Below are positions 52,109 to 64,000 of a DNA stretch of 64,000 nucleotides, one piece after another (the first letter of the stretch is position 1; every line of letters begins with the position of its first letter). The notes beneath the pieces are model-generated. The model did not search any database, was not told the DNA's origin, and saw only the letters and a list, made by a program, of their open reading frames with translations. Source of the stretch: Mobula hypostoma (taxonomy: Eukaryota); the NCBI RefSeq assembly GCF_963921235.1, contig NC_086108.1:124001-188000 (forward strand), read 5' to 3'. The position numbers and the translations under genes were made by a program.

Positions 52109-53555
52109 TGGTGCCGGAGGATTGGCTCACGTGGTTCCATTGTTTAAAAAGGGTTCTAAGAGTAAACCTAGCAATTATCAACCTGTGAGTTTGACGTCAG
52201 TCGTGGGTAAATTGATGGAAAGTATTGTCAGAAATGGTATATATAATTATCTGGATAGACAGGGTCTGATTAGGAACAGTCAACATGGATTTGTGCGTGG
52301 AAGGTCATGTTTGACAAATGTTATTGAATTCTTTGAAGAGGTTACTAAGAAAGTTGACAAGGGTAAAGTGGTGGATGTTATCTATACGGACTTCAGTGAA
52401 GCCTTTGACAGGGTTCCACACGGAAGGTTAGTTAGGAAGGTTCAATGGTTAGGCATTAATATTGAAGTAGTAAAATGGATTCAGCAGTGGCTAGATGGGA
52501 GACGCCAGAGAGTAGTGGTGGATAACTGTGTGTCAGATTGGAGGACGCTGTGTAGCGGTGTGCCTCAGGGATCTGTACTGGGTCCAATGTTGTTTGTCAT
52601 ATATATTAATGATCTGGATGATGGGGTGGTAAATTGGATTAGTAAGTTTGCAGATAATACGAAGATAGGTGGCGTTGTGGTTTTCAAAGCTTGCAGAGAA
52701 ATTTTGGCCAGTTAGAAGAGTGGGCTGAAAGATGGCAGATGGAGTTTAATGCTGAAAAATATGAGGTGCTACATTGTGGTAGGACTAACCAAAATAGGAC
52801 ATATGTGGTAAATGGTGGGGCATTGAAGAATGCTGTAGAACAGCAGGATCTAGGAATAATGGTGCATAGTTCCCTGAAGATGGAATCTCATGTGGATAGG
52901 GTGGTGAAAAAAGCTTTTGGTATGCTGGCCTTTATTAATCAGAGCATTGAGTATAGGAGTTGGGATGTAATGTTGAAATTGTATAAGGCATTGGTAATGC
53001 CAAATTTGAAGTATTCTGTACATTTCTGGTCACCAAATTATAGGAAAGATGTCAATAAAATTGAGAGAGTACAGATGAGGTTTACTGAAATGTTGCCTGG
53101 GTTTCATCTCCTAAGTTACAGAGAAAGGTTGAACAAGTTAGGTCTTTATTCTTTGGAGCGTAGGAGGTTGAGGGGAGACTTGATAGAGGTGTTTAAAATT
53201 ATGAGGGGGATTGATAGAGTTGACGTGAATAGGCTTTTTCCATTGAGAATGGGGGAGATTGAAACAAGAGGACATGAGTTGAGAGTTAAAGGGCAAAAGT
53301 TTAGAGATAACATGCGGGGGAACTTCTTTACTCAGAGAGTGGTAGCTGTGTGGAACGAGCTTCCAGCAGAAGTGGTTGAGGCAGATTCGATGTTGTCACT
53401 TAAAGTTAAATTGGATAGATATATGGACAGGAAAGGAATGGAGGGTTATGGGCTGAATGCAGGTCGGTGGGACTAGGTGAGAGTATGAGTTTGGCACGGA
53501 CTAGAAGGGCCGAGATGGCCTGTTTCTGTGCTGTAATTGTTATATGGTTATATGG
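52105..53555 (+). mobile_element. 5'-truncated CR1-type LINE (RT, frameshifted) with 3' tail
   Basis: VVPLFKKG, NYQPVSLTS, QHGF, GVPQGSVLGP, KFADNTK, FFTQRVVAVWNELP; ends tgttatatggttatat. Confidence 0.92.
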
Positions 53556-53619
53556 AAGGAGATTAGATTGAAGTCTGTCACAAGCCTTGTGGCAGAGAGC
53601 GACTGAGAGTATGAGACTC

Positions 53620-53826
53620 CCCCACCCCCACCCCCCCGCCCGCCCCTGGATAAGATGCCAGTCTGTTGCGAGGTTAACCCCCAGCACTTTTTTGCTGATA
53701 CCCATTCTCAGCATTGTGTGGTTAAGTGCCTTGCTCAAGGACACACACGCTGCCTCGGCCGAGGCTCAAACTCATGACCTTCAGATCGCTAGTCCAACGC
53801 CCTAACCACTTGGCCACGCGCCACAC
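53620..53826 (-). mobile_element. tRNA-derived CORE-type SINE
   Basis: Minus strand has A box TGGCCAAGTGG, B-box-like GAGTTTGAGCC, then CORE-like GTGTCCTTGAGCAAGGCACTTAACC. Confidence 0.7.
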
Positions 53827-55049
53827 AGAGGTAAGTCAAGGGTATGTTTTTTACGTAGGGTGCGTGGAATGGGCTGCCAGCAACAGTGGTGGAGGCAGAT
53901 GTGATAGAGTCTTTTAAGAGACTCCTAGGCAGGTATATGGAGCTTAGAAAAATAGAGAGCTAAGGTTAATTTCTAAAGTAAGTACGTGGTCAGCATAGCA
54001 TTGTGGGCCGAAGGGCCTGTATTGTGCTGTAGGTTTTCTATGTTTCTAAGTGTCTGCTCAACTTGAGGTGGCAGTTCCTCATTGTTGTCATCTTCTCCTC
54101 CCTATTATGTGGAACTTGTTTGATAATCCTGGGAAGAGATGACACCAATTTTTATCACCGCTGACACTTCATGGAGAGGGTCCATCATGCATCTGACAGG
54201 CCACAACTCAGTTAGTCTTTAATCACGCTCTTGTCAGAGGAAGCTTTGCAGCAGGAATTGTGCTGAATTGTATAAAACCCTCTCCTTCCCATTTCATTCT
54301 TATTTTTTCTTCAACACTCTTCACCCATTTCAATGGTATCGGGCCTCAGCCGAGGTAGGAAATTTGGAGGCATGTGTTAACAGTTTGTCTCTGATTGAGG
54401 AGTAACTTTAGGGATTGATATTTGTTACAATATTGGCAAGAAAAATTGGAGGGAGCCCACAGAAGAATAATGGACGTGGCTTCTGGGCAGAGTGGGGCTA
54501 ACAAAGCGGTGTATGTTCCCCTGGATTTTCTCTTGCCAATACTGGATGTGGTATGATTGATGTACACTGTAAAACATTATGATAGCTGTTATGCTGCCGT
54601 TTCACCCAGATTAGCTAAGCGTATTCCTCCACTGCAACCAAGCAAGACCCCAGTTGTGACAACTACTCATCCCACTGGACCCAGACTTGAGGTCAAGAGG
54701 ATGTAACTGTCCCAGAGCAACGGGTTTTCCACTTTAAAAACTTTCGCGCACAGGTTTCCTGTCATCATCAGATATGACAAACAGCCAATACTATATTGGT
54801 AGTGTTCTAATTTGTTCTGCATTTCATTTAAATACGTAATTTTTTACTCAGTTAACCAGTAGTTTGACTTTTTTTTATACCTTATATTCTATTTCCATGA
54901 AACTGGCTTTTTGACGGGGACTTCCGGGTCATCAAGGGAATGGCGGCGTAAGGAAAAGGTCTGTCGACAAAAAAGAAGGTAAACTGCCCCAAAATCGAAT
55001 TTAGACAAATACTTAATATTGCATAACTATATTAATAAAAGGGGCAAGG

Positions 55050-56035
55050 ATGATGTCTAAGAACAAGAATAAAAAGTCCGCTTCGAAGGCTGATAAACAT
55101 AAAGAGACGCGGCAAGGCGACGGGCCTAGCTCCCCCACGGCAAGCCAGGACGGAGATAATGAGGGGGAATCGGTGACTCTGTCTTTGATTCTCGGAGAGA
55201 TTCGCGAGTTCCGACAAGATAACAGCAAACAGCTGGAAGATATTAAAGGAGAAATAGTAAAAACTAACTCGAGGATAGATGAAGCCGAAGCGAGGATTGT
55301 TGGAATTGAAGAGAAGCTACAAAACGCCGAGGAAGTGATAGCAGAAATGCTGAAGCTACAAGACCAGCTCCAGTGGAAACTAATAGATCAAGAAGGCCGC
55401 TCGAGAGGGAAAATGTGAGGATCTACGGAGTTCCCGAAGGAACCGAAGGTAAACCCAGATTGATGATTCCCTTCGTGGAGAAGCTGGTTAGAGAGAACCT
55501 TGATATACCGGCCGCAAAAGACCTACAGATAGAAAGGGCTCACCGCGTGTTGGCACCACAGCCTCCGGCAGGCACCCAGCCCAGATCGATTCTGATCAGA
55601 TTTCTCAGTTACAGAACGAAGGAAAAGGTGCTTAAAAGAGCATGGCAAAAGAAAGGTTTCATGTGGAACAACTGCAAAATCAGTTTAGACCACGACTACG
55701 CACCGGGGATTCTTGCCAGACGGAAGGAATATACGGAAACACGGAGAGTCCTGAAGGAAAACAACATCAGATTCCAGACCCTGTATCCAGCTCGGCTGAG
55801 AGTCTTTTACAACGAAGGGACAAAAACTTACGCTACGGTGGAGGAGGCAACGTTGGACCTGGCGGACCGGGGACTACCTATTAAAGTTATCACCCAACCG
55901 GAGTCGCTACTGGAGAGGATTCGGCAGAAGTCGTGGCAGTTAGTGGGGCGAGGACGCTCCACTCGAACCAGAGTGTCAAACTACAAGGAAAAGCTGCAAA
56001 TATTCAGACGCGAATGTACAGAGAATACAGATTAA
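55050..56035 (+). pseudogene. L1 ORF1 (one frameshift near 55400)
   Basis: Coiled coil followed by RENVRIYGVPE, IERAHR, PRSILIRF, LYPARLRV. Confidence 0.9.
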
Positions 56036-56397
56036 TTAAGAGAAATGACTGAAAAGAGTAAATCGGACTTAAAAGTAAAATGAAAACTGGTAACTGAAAA
56101 TAAACTAGGCGGAATAACTTGAATGATAGCAATATGGTCGAGACATAAATAGGAGAAAATTCTCTATGATTATTCAAACTGCTGAGGGCCCTCTAACACA
56201 GGGTGAAGATAACGGTTATCCCTTTGAACTGAGGCGGGTCGGTGCTCAGGCCTCACTGTGGGAAGTTGGGAAAAATTTTCAAATGCTATACGTTCAGAAA
56301 TGTCTAGGGTGTGGTTATATGTCTTGGTTTACTGTTGAGAAGGGATTGCTTACTGTTTGGTTAGAAAAGGAGAGTGCTTTTTTTCTACTAGAGAAAA

Positions 56398-59300
56398 ATG
56401 CAAACTGAATTGGTAAAAATAATTTCCTATAATGTTAATGGGGTTTTGAATCCAATTAAAAGAAATAAGATTATGTCTAAATTGAAAAAAGAGAGGGCAC
56501 AAATAGCTTTCCTCCAGGAAACACATATGAGCCAATCTGAACATGGAAAATTAAAAAGAATGGGCTTTAAGCATGTATTTTATTCATCATATAAATTGAG
56601 TCACAAAAGAGGGGTAGCTACTTTAATATCAAGTACTCTTAATTATGAACATATTTCAGAGACTAGAGACAAAGAAGGACGGTTTGTAAAAATCACAGGA
56701 AGAATAGAAGGTACAGAAATAACATTGCTGAATGTTTATGCTCCTCCAGGTAGTGAATGGTCATTTTATAGACACATTTTTGACCTAATGGTCAGTTCTC
56801 GAGGGGTAGTAATTTGTGGAGGGGATTTTAATATTAGATTAAATCCTATATTAGATTCTTCAAGAATAGTTACTCAGAATAAACCTCTGACTCGGAAAGT
56901 GAATTCATTGATGGAGGAGTTGGGAATTATAGATGTCTGGAGGGAATTACACCCTACTAGTAAAGATTATACATATTACTCTTTCCCTCATTCAGCCTAT
57001 TCAAGGATAGACTATTTCTTTATCTTTAATACAGATAGACTCAGGATAAAAAACTGTAATATTGCAACAATTGATCTGTCGGATCATAGCCCAGTCTCTA
57101 TGTCTCTAATCCTGGAAAGGAAAATGAGGAAAACACTATGGAGGCTAAACTCACATATACTCAATAACCCGAAAGTAATGGAGAGATTAAGGGGAGAAAT
57201 CAAAGAATATCTAGACCTTAATGACACGGGAGAAACATCACCAGTGATTTTATGGGATACATTGAAAGCTGTACTGAGAGGGAAAATTATTTCCATTACT
57301 ACTCACATGAAAAAAATTAATGCACAAAAATTAGCAGACCTTCAAGGAAAATTAAAACAACTTCAAGTTGTAGATAGCAACAAAAGTAATTCAAATCGAA
57401 AACAGGAAATTAGGAAATTGCAAAGTGAAATTGATGATATTTATATGTTGGAAACTCAAAGAAATTTTCTTTACCTGAGACAAAAGAATTATGAAGTAGG
57501 AGGTAAATCAGCTAGATTATTAGCATATAAATTACGAAAACAACAAGCAGACAATACAATTCATAAAATAAAGAATCCAAAGACAAAGCTTGTGGAAAGT
57601 ACAATAGGGAAAATTCAAGAGAGTTTTGAAACATATTATCGAGAGCTGTACTCCCAACCCCGGGCCCCCAATGAGCCCTATATAGACAGTGTATTGAATT
57701 TTTTAGATCTACCTAAACTTACAGATTTACAAAATGAAAGTTTATTAGAACCAGTAACTGTCAAAGAACTGAACGTGGCCATCTCTAGGTTAAAGGAAAG
57801 TCCCCGGGTTCTGATGGGTTTACCTCAGAGTGGTACAAGTCCCTGAAGACACAGTTAGCCCCATTACTACTTAACACCTTTAATTGGATCTTGCAGAGAG
57901 GAGAAACTCCACCGTCCTGGAGAGAAGCGATTATTTCAGTTATTCCTAAAGAGGGTAAAGATAAACTAGAATGTGGCAATTATTGGCCAATTAGTGTTCT
58001 TAATTTAGGTTACAAACTATTTACATCTATATTAGCGCGCAGATTGGAAAAGCTTTTACCTGGCCTAATCCATTTAGACCAGACTGGATTTATTCAACAA
58101 AGACAAACACAGGACAACATAAGGAGAACTTTGCACATATTAGAACAGGTTAATAAGAATGAGACAGAGACAATGGTAGTAGGATTGGACGCTGAGAAAG
58201 CTTTTGATTCGGTTAGTTGGGCATTCCTATACAGAGTGTTAGGAAGATTCAGCTTTCAAGAAAGGTTTATTAAAGTAATTCAGACTCTATATGACAGCCC
58301 TACAGCCCGAATTAAGATAAATGGGGACCTCTCTGACTCCTTCATTTTAGAGAGAGGCACTAGACAGGGATGCCCAATTTCTCCTCTCCTTTTTGTGCTA
58401 TATATTGAACCACTTGCCCAACTAATAAGACAGAGCGAAATCGTAAAAGGTATCAAGGTGGCAGGGATTGAACAGAAAGTGGCGTTATTCGCAGATGATG
58501 TTTTGGTCTATCTGAGTGAACCAGAAAAATCATTTATAGGATTGTTTACACTGTTGGATGACTTTGGGAAAATATCAGGTTATAAAATAAATGTAAAGAA
58601 AACGCAGGTTATGTCCCTAAATTATACACCATCCAAAAAATTGCAGGATACATACGATCTTAAGTGGGAAGCTAAATCATTAAAATATTTAGGAATAACC
58701 CTGCCGAAGGATCTTTCAACACTGTCACAGGTAAATTATGGGCCATTAATCTCAGAGATAAAAGCAGATATGCATAGATGGAATCTTATCCCCTTTTTAA
58801 GTTTAAATTCAAGGATAAATACTATAAAAATGAATATTCTTCCTCGGTTATTATATCTTTTCCGTACTTTACCAGTGGAGGTGGATGATAATCAATTCAG
58901 GGAATGGGACAAATGGATTTCCCGCTTCACTTGGCAAGGAAGGAAACCTAGAATTCGATATAACACCTTACAGTTAGGGAAGGAAGGAGGAGGTATGGTT
59001 CTTCCTTGCCTGAGAAATTATTTTTATGCCTCACAGATAACCCCTCTGTTATATTGGTGTAATAGGGAATATAAGGCTAGATGGAAGGAAATAGAATTTG
59101 GATTAGTTGACAGTTTTCCTCTTCAGGCCTCAATAGCTGACAAAGGATTGATGGCCCAGTTGGAAAAATTTAATAATGCTTGGATAAATCTTACATTAAA
59201 AGTATGGCAGAAGGTGGTTAATTCATGTGGAATTAATAACATGTTAAAACTCTTCAGATGGTGTGCATATGATACCGAATTCCTTCCCAACAGAGGAGAT

Positions 59301-60057
59301 AAAAGATTTGAGCTATGGATAAAGAAAGGTCTTACAACCTACCTCTCATTTATAGATAAAAGAGTATTACAAAGTTTCCAAATCCTGCAGGACAAACATG
59401 GCCTAGAACATAATGACTTTTTCTCGCCTATATAATGCACTCTCCCATGCTAAAAATGTAAATACACTGTATATTAAAGAGAAGTGGGAGAAAGAAGCGG
59501 GGTTGGTACTTATAGAGGAGGCTTGGGGGAAAATCTGCAGCTTTCAATGGTCCTCGACTAATTCTTTGACTTGGAGAGAACATTGTTGGAAAAACATTAT
59601 AAGATACTTCAAGACCCCATATCAGGAAAAATATAAAGATACAAATGTGATGTGTTGGAGAAGGTGCAGCTCCAAGGAGGCAAATCATTTTCATATTTTC
59701 TGGGATTGCCCTAAATTAAGTCTATTTTGGGAGGGTATTCATAGAATATTAGTTAAGGTACTTAGGTCCCAGATACCTCTGAACTTTGAGATGCTCTATT
59801 TGGGGCATGTATTGTTCCTTGAACAGAAGGAAGATATAAAGTTGCTGCAGGCCCTCTTAGCGGCAAGTAAGAAATCAATCACTAGAAAATGGCTAAATCC
59901 AATACCACCTACATTAGAAGATTGGTACGAAATTATCTTGGAAATATTTAAAATGGAAAAGTTGACTTACTCCCTGAGAACTCAAAAGGAAACATTTTAT
60001 CAAATCTGGAATAAATGGATTGAACATATAACCCCAATGCGAGCAGACTTTAGATGA
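56398..60057 (+). pseudogene. L1 ORF2 (APE endonuclease-RT), frameshifts near 57790 and 59420
   Basis: SYNVNG, LQETH, NVYAP, GGDFN, SRIDY, SDH; LDAEKAFD, RGTRQGCPISP, FADD; C-terminal CWRRC...HIFWDC. Confidence 0.93.
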
Positions 60058-61049
60058 CTCTCCTAATGATTTATATTGCTCTTCTCATCAACACAGTAAT
60101 ATTGCTAACGTAAGCACCCCTAGTCTAAATGTTTGTTTTTTTTTTGGAAAATAGAGAATTAACACAAGTAAAGGGAAAGATTTGGGAAAGGGATTAAAAA
60201 AAAAAGAAAAAATTAAGTAAGTAAGTACATAGGGATTGGATAATTATGTCTGCGGGCAGGAACAAGCACGAACAAATGGGATATAAACACCTACAATGGT
60301 TGGTATATAGGCTTGTATGCAACATTTTGGACCAGTGGAAATGGTCCAGAAGGGTTGTATGGAAACTATTATTACCATTTTTCTTAACAACTAATTTCAT
60401 TACTTAGCCTAATAGGTTAGATTTACCACAGTACATAATTATCTATTTAACTGTTTATTTTCCTTTTATATCATCTCAATGTGTACTTAAGAATGTATAA
60501 ATAATTGTAGTTTTATACATATAAAAAAATGGAAAAGGTTATATGTGTGAAAAAAGTACATGATAATTGTGAATTCCTTATCCAAATAAAAATAAAATTA
60601 AAAAAAAAAAGAAACTGGCTTTTTGGGGCAGTTGCTTAATTGGACCAAAGTGGACCGGTCCCTATGAGTCCCAATTAACCAGAATTCACTGTACATGAAC
60701 ACACTTCCCTAGTTTTAAACTGCACCATGCAAGGGCATGAAGCAATTTGGGTGAAATGTTATTGTCTCTTGATCCTCTTCAATTACAGCCTCTGGCACCT
60801 TTTGAGACTTCACAGGTGAGAGTGAGGCTGCTGGTGATAATGATTACTGTACTTTTGATCCCATATAGGCATCCTGTTGCTAATTTCCTGTGGACTGCTT
60901 GGCAAATTGACCTTTTGCCCTTTAACATCGTGGTCCCTCTATGCCTTGCTACCTGGTTACAGATGATCTCTTGACCTTGATCTCTCCGTCTACCTCATTG
61001 TGGCTCTTGTACTCACCTGCCTGCAGTGTACTTCCTCTGGAACCGGAAC

Positions 61050-61400
61050 TGAGAGAGGTATACAGTTAAAAGGCATAGATAGAGTGAACAGCCAGCCTTT
61101 ATCCCAGGGTAGAAATGGCTAATATTAGGGGACATCATTTTAAGGTGATTGGAGGAAAGTATAGTGTCAGAGGTAAATTTTTCACACAGAGAGTGATCAG
61201 TACATAGAACATGCTACCAGGAGTAGTGGTACAGGCAGATACATTAGAGACTTTCCAGAAAGTTTTAGATACGCACATGGATGAATGACAAATGAAGGAT
61301 TATGTAGGAGGGAAGGGTTAGACTGATTTCTGAGTGGGTTAAGAGGTCGGCACAACATTGTGGGCAAAAGGGCCTGTGCTGTGTTGCATTGTTCTATGTA
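61050..61400 (+). mobile_element. Old CR1 3' fragment
   Basis: Degenerate homology to 53180-53540. Confidence 0.65.
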
Positions 61401-61599
61401 ATACTATATTCCTCATTTTCCCCCATTTGTATTACTTTGATGTACAATACTTATAATGTGATATGTACTTAAGTAATGATATGTCTGGATGATATGCAGA
61501 CAAAAGTTTATCATTGTATCTCTGTACATTTGACCTCATTAAACCAACTACCAATTACCTCCCATCATCAACTTTATGAGTCTTAGTCCAAGTGTATTT

Positions 61600-64000
61600 T
61601 CAACTCTTTTGTTCTGGACACCAGTGACTACCAGGAATAGTCTGGTTGGCAACCGGGAATAGTCTGGTGACAGCATGGAGAGACAGCGGACAGCCAGGAA
61701 AAACTGGCACCGAGGGTGTCAGGATTGGCAGTCCGGGCACCAGCTCAGAAGAGCACCCAGCTCTTGAAGCTTCTAGTTTATACAGAGAAACATACCCTCG
61801 GGGTCCTCCGAGAGGGAGGGAGAATGATGGACCCAATCCGACGGATACAGTTAATTACAGGGAACAACTACAAACAAGAGCTAGGATAAGAGGCTCTGAG
61901 TGTCCAGTGTGTTGGTGTGGGAGAGCGTTTTCCAGCATTAAAGGTGTAAGAATCCACCAAGCAAAGTTGAGGTGCTATTCCATCCCAGTGGATGAAGATG
62001 AGATTACTTCACCAAGCACAGATGATGTGGTCTTTTCAAGCACTGATTCACAAGCCACAGCGATTCACTCTGGAGAGAGTCATCATACTCCAGGTCAGAC
62101 GAGAGATAACCCAGGTCACGTTTCAGGTCACAGTACCCAGGTAGATCCTTCTCATGATGGCGGTGGTGAGGAGGTAGAGAAGAAGAGGAAGGTCAAGTGG
62201 CCAGCAATGGCAGATGAGAAGGCTTGGCATGTAATTGATGAGGATATCAGTATGATGTTGGAGAACATTCTCAGGGGAACATCAAAGAGAAAGTTGGAAG
62301 TGATGGGCGATATGATTTACGATGTTGGAAAGTACAGGTATGGTTTGGTTGAGTTGAAGAAAACAAAGCCTACACAGCAACCAAGCAGGTGCCAGAAGGA
62401 GATCAGTAGGTTGAGGAGAGAGCTTAGATCGTTGAGACAGAGGTGGAAGGTAGTAAGTGAGGGTGACAAGCCAGGGATTGCTGATCTCTGAGAGCATTTT
62501 CAAATAAAGTTAGCATCATTCCGTCGTGCAGAGTCACAACGTAAAAAGAGAAAGAAGAGAGAGAAGGCAGGAAAATCGTTCTTTGGCAACCTTCACAAGT
62601 TCACAAAGAAACTGTTTGAACAAAGTAAGAGCGGGCAGCTTAACATCTCTCAACAAGAGCTTGAGGATCACCTAGCAAGCACTTACTCTAACGAACAGCT
62701 GGAGGCTCCTTTGCTTGACATTTCAGGGCTTGTGAATCCTACCAAGCCAGGAGTGAAGTTCGATCTGTCAGAACCCAAATTGACAGAAGTTGAACAGTTC
62801 ATCAGAAAGACATGGTCAGGCTGAGTGCCAGGACCTAATGGAGTGCTGTATAAGGTGTTCAAGAAGTGTGAACAGCTGAGGAAATACTTGTGGAGATTGT
62901 TAAAGGTGGTGTGGAGACAAGGTGTTGTTCCTTTGTCATGGAGTGAGGCTGAAGGAGTATACATCCCAAAGGAAGATAATTCTTCTATATTGAATCAGTT
63001 CTGACCAATTTCACTCCTGAATGTAGAGGGGAAGATTATGTTTGGCATTCTGGCAGAAAGAATATCTTCATTTGTGATAGAGAATGGATTAGTAAATACA
63101 TGTGTGCAGAAGGCAGGAATACCAGGCTTCCCGGGATGCCTTGAACACTCCAGTGTGATATGACATACCATCCAGGAGTCAAAAAGGTTGAGAAGAATTC
63201 TGGCTGTAGTTTGGCTTGATCTGGCAAATGCGTATGGTTCTGTTCCCCATGTCCTGATTGAGTTTATGATGGAATTCCTATGGATTCCTGCTAAGGTGAG
63301 GAACTTTGTTATGCAGTACTACAACGATTTCCGGATGAGGTTTTCCAATCAGCAGTTTACAACCAGGTGGCAGATCTTGGATGTTGGAATCCCGATGGGA
63401 TGTGCAATTTCACCCATCCTTTTTGTGTTAGCCATGGAGGTTATTGTGAGGGCTGCAGAATCAGTGGGACCAGGTGTCGCACTTGATGGCAGAGGGGAGT
63501 TATCACCAATACCATGGACGATCTCACCCTTTTGGGTCCCAGCACAGAGGCAGTGGAAAATGTACCATCTAGACTCGAGGAGCTAATGGATTGGGGAAGA
63601 ATGAAGTTCAAGACCAAGAAGTCAAGGAGCTTTGTTCTTAGGAGAGGAAAGCTGGTTCACTTTCATTTCACCCTTTGTGGAGAGGAGACTCCATCCATTC
63701 AGGACCAACCAGTTAAGAGCCTCGGGCGATGTTACACAGAGGAGCTGAGAGACACCAAGTGGGTTCAAGAGACAGGAGAACAGATCAGTAGAGGTCTGAT
63801 GTCTGTTGACAAGTGTGGCTTGCCTGGGAAGATGAAGTTATGGTGCTTGCAGCACGGACTGATGCCACGGATAATGTGGCCACTAACTGTCTATGAAGTG
63901 GCAATGTCCCACGTTGAGGCAATGGAACGGAAGATCAACAAGTATGTGAAGAAGTGGCTTGGAGTACCGAGCAGCCTCACCAATTTTGCAATCCACAGTA
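61600..64000 (+). mobile_element. Hero-like (R2 superfamily, RLE-type) non-LTR retrotransposon, decayed, runs off the window
   Basis: Zn finger CWCGRAFSSIKGVRIHQAKLRC, VKWP, PGPNG, QKAGIPGFPGCLEH, VVWLDLANAYGSVPH, GIPMGCAISPILF, MKFKTKKSRS; several in-frame stops. Confidence 0.8.

Larger units (their letters stand above)
54914..60610 (+). mobile_element. Full-length L1-clade LINE with poly(A) tail and 15-bp TSD
   Basis: TSD gaaactggctttttg at 54899-54913 and 60611-60625; 5'UTR, ORF1, ORF2, AATAAA and A-tail. Confidence 0.96.

Noticed and set aside
61600..64000. A true R2 element
   Set aside because: It is not inserted in 28S, I recognised no Myb domain, and the motifs fit Hero-like elements better.
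33600..64000. Host protein-coding exons in the flank
   Set aside because: All recognisable ORFs are TE-derived and the remaining short ORFs lack motifs; small exons cannot be excluded without transcript data.

Overview
Vertebrate genomic DNA, probably a cartilaginous fish (inferred from the repeat families), spanning the promoter-side end of a 45S rDNA array. Positions 1-33076 are rDNA on the minus strand. They hold a partial unit (part of 5.8S, ITS1, 18S, 5'ETS), a complete ~10 kb spacer, a full 28S-ITS2-5.8S-ITS1-18S-5'ETS unit (5.8S-to-5.8S period 20,694 bp) and a truncated terminal spacer that abuts ordinary TE-rich DNA at ~33077. Positions 33077-64000 are nested, mostly decayed transposons: Gmr1-like Gypsy, Penelope-like elements with a hammerhead motif, Rex1/Babar, CR1, a full-length L1, a Hero-like LINE, Tc1/Tigger/hAT relics and a CORE-SINE. 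I found no host protein-coding gene. The most striking observation is in the intergenic spacer (IGS). A 370-450 bp tandem repeat carries, in every copy, a ~55-bp, ~90%-identical piece of 28S rDNA (H68-H69-H70 region) that stops at the R2 retrotransposon / I-PpoI cleavage site (9 full + 2 partial copies in IGS1, 3 + 1 in IGS2). This is a candidate array of decoy or relic R2 target sites. The IGS also contains a 26-bp satellite whose core aligns without gaps to the Pol I terminator Sal/T box, and three copies of a bipartite promoter-like module, one of them inverted. The functional readings are inferences; the sequence structures are directly visible.
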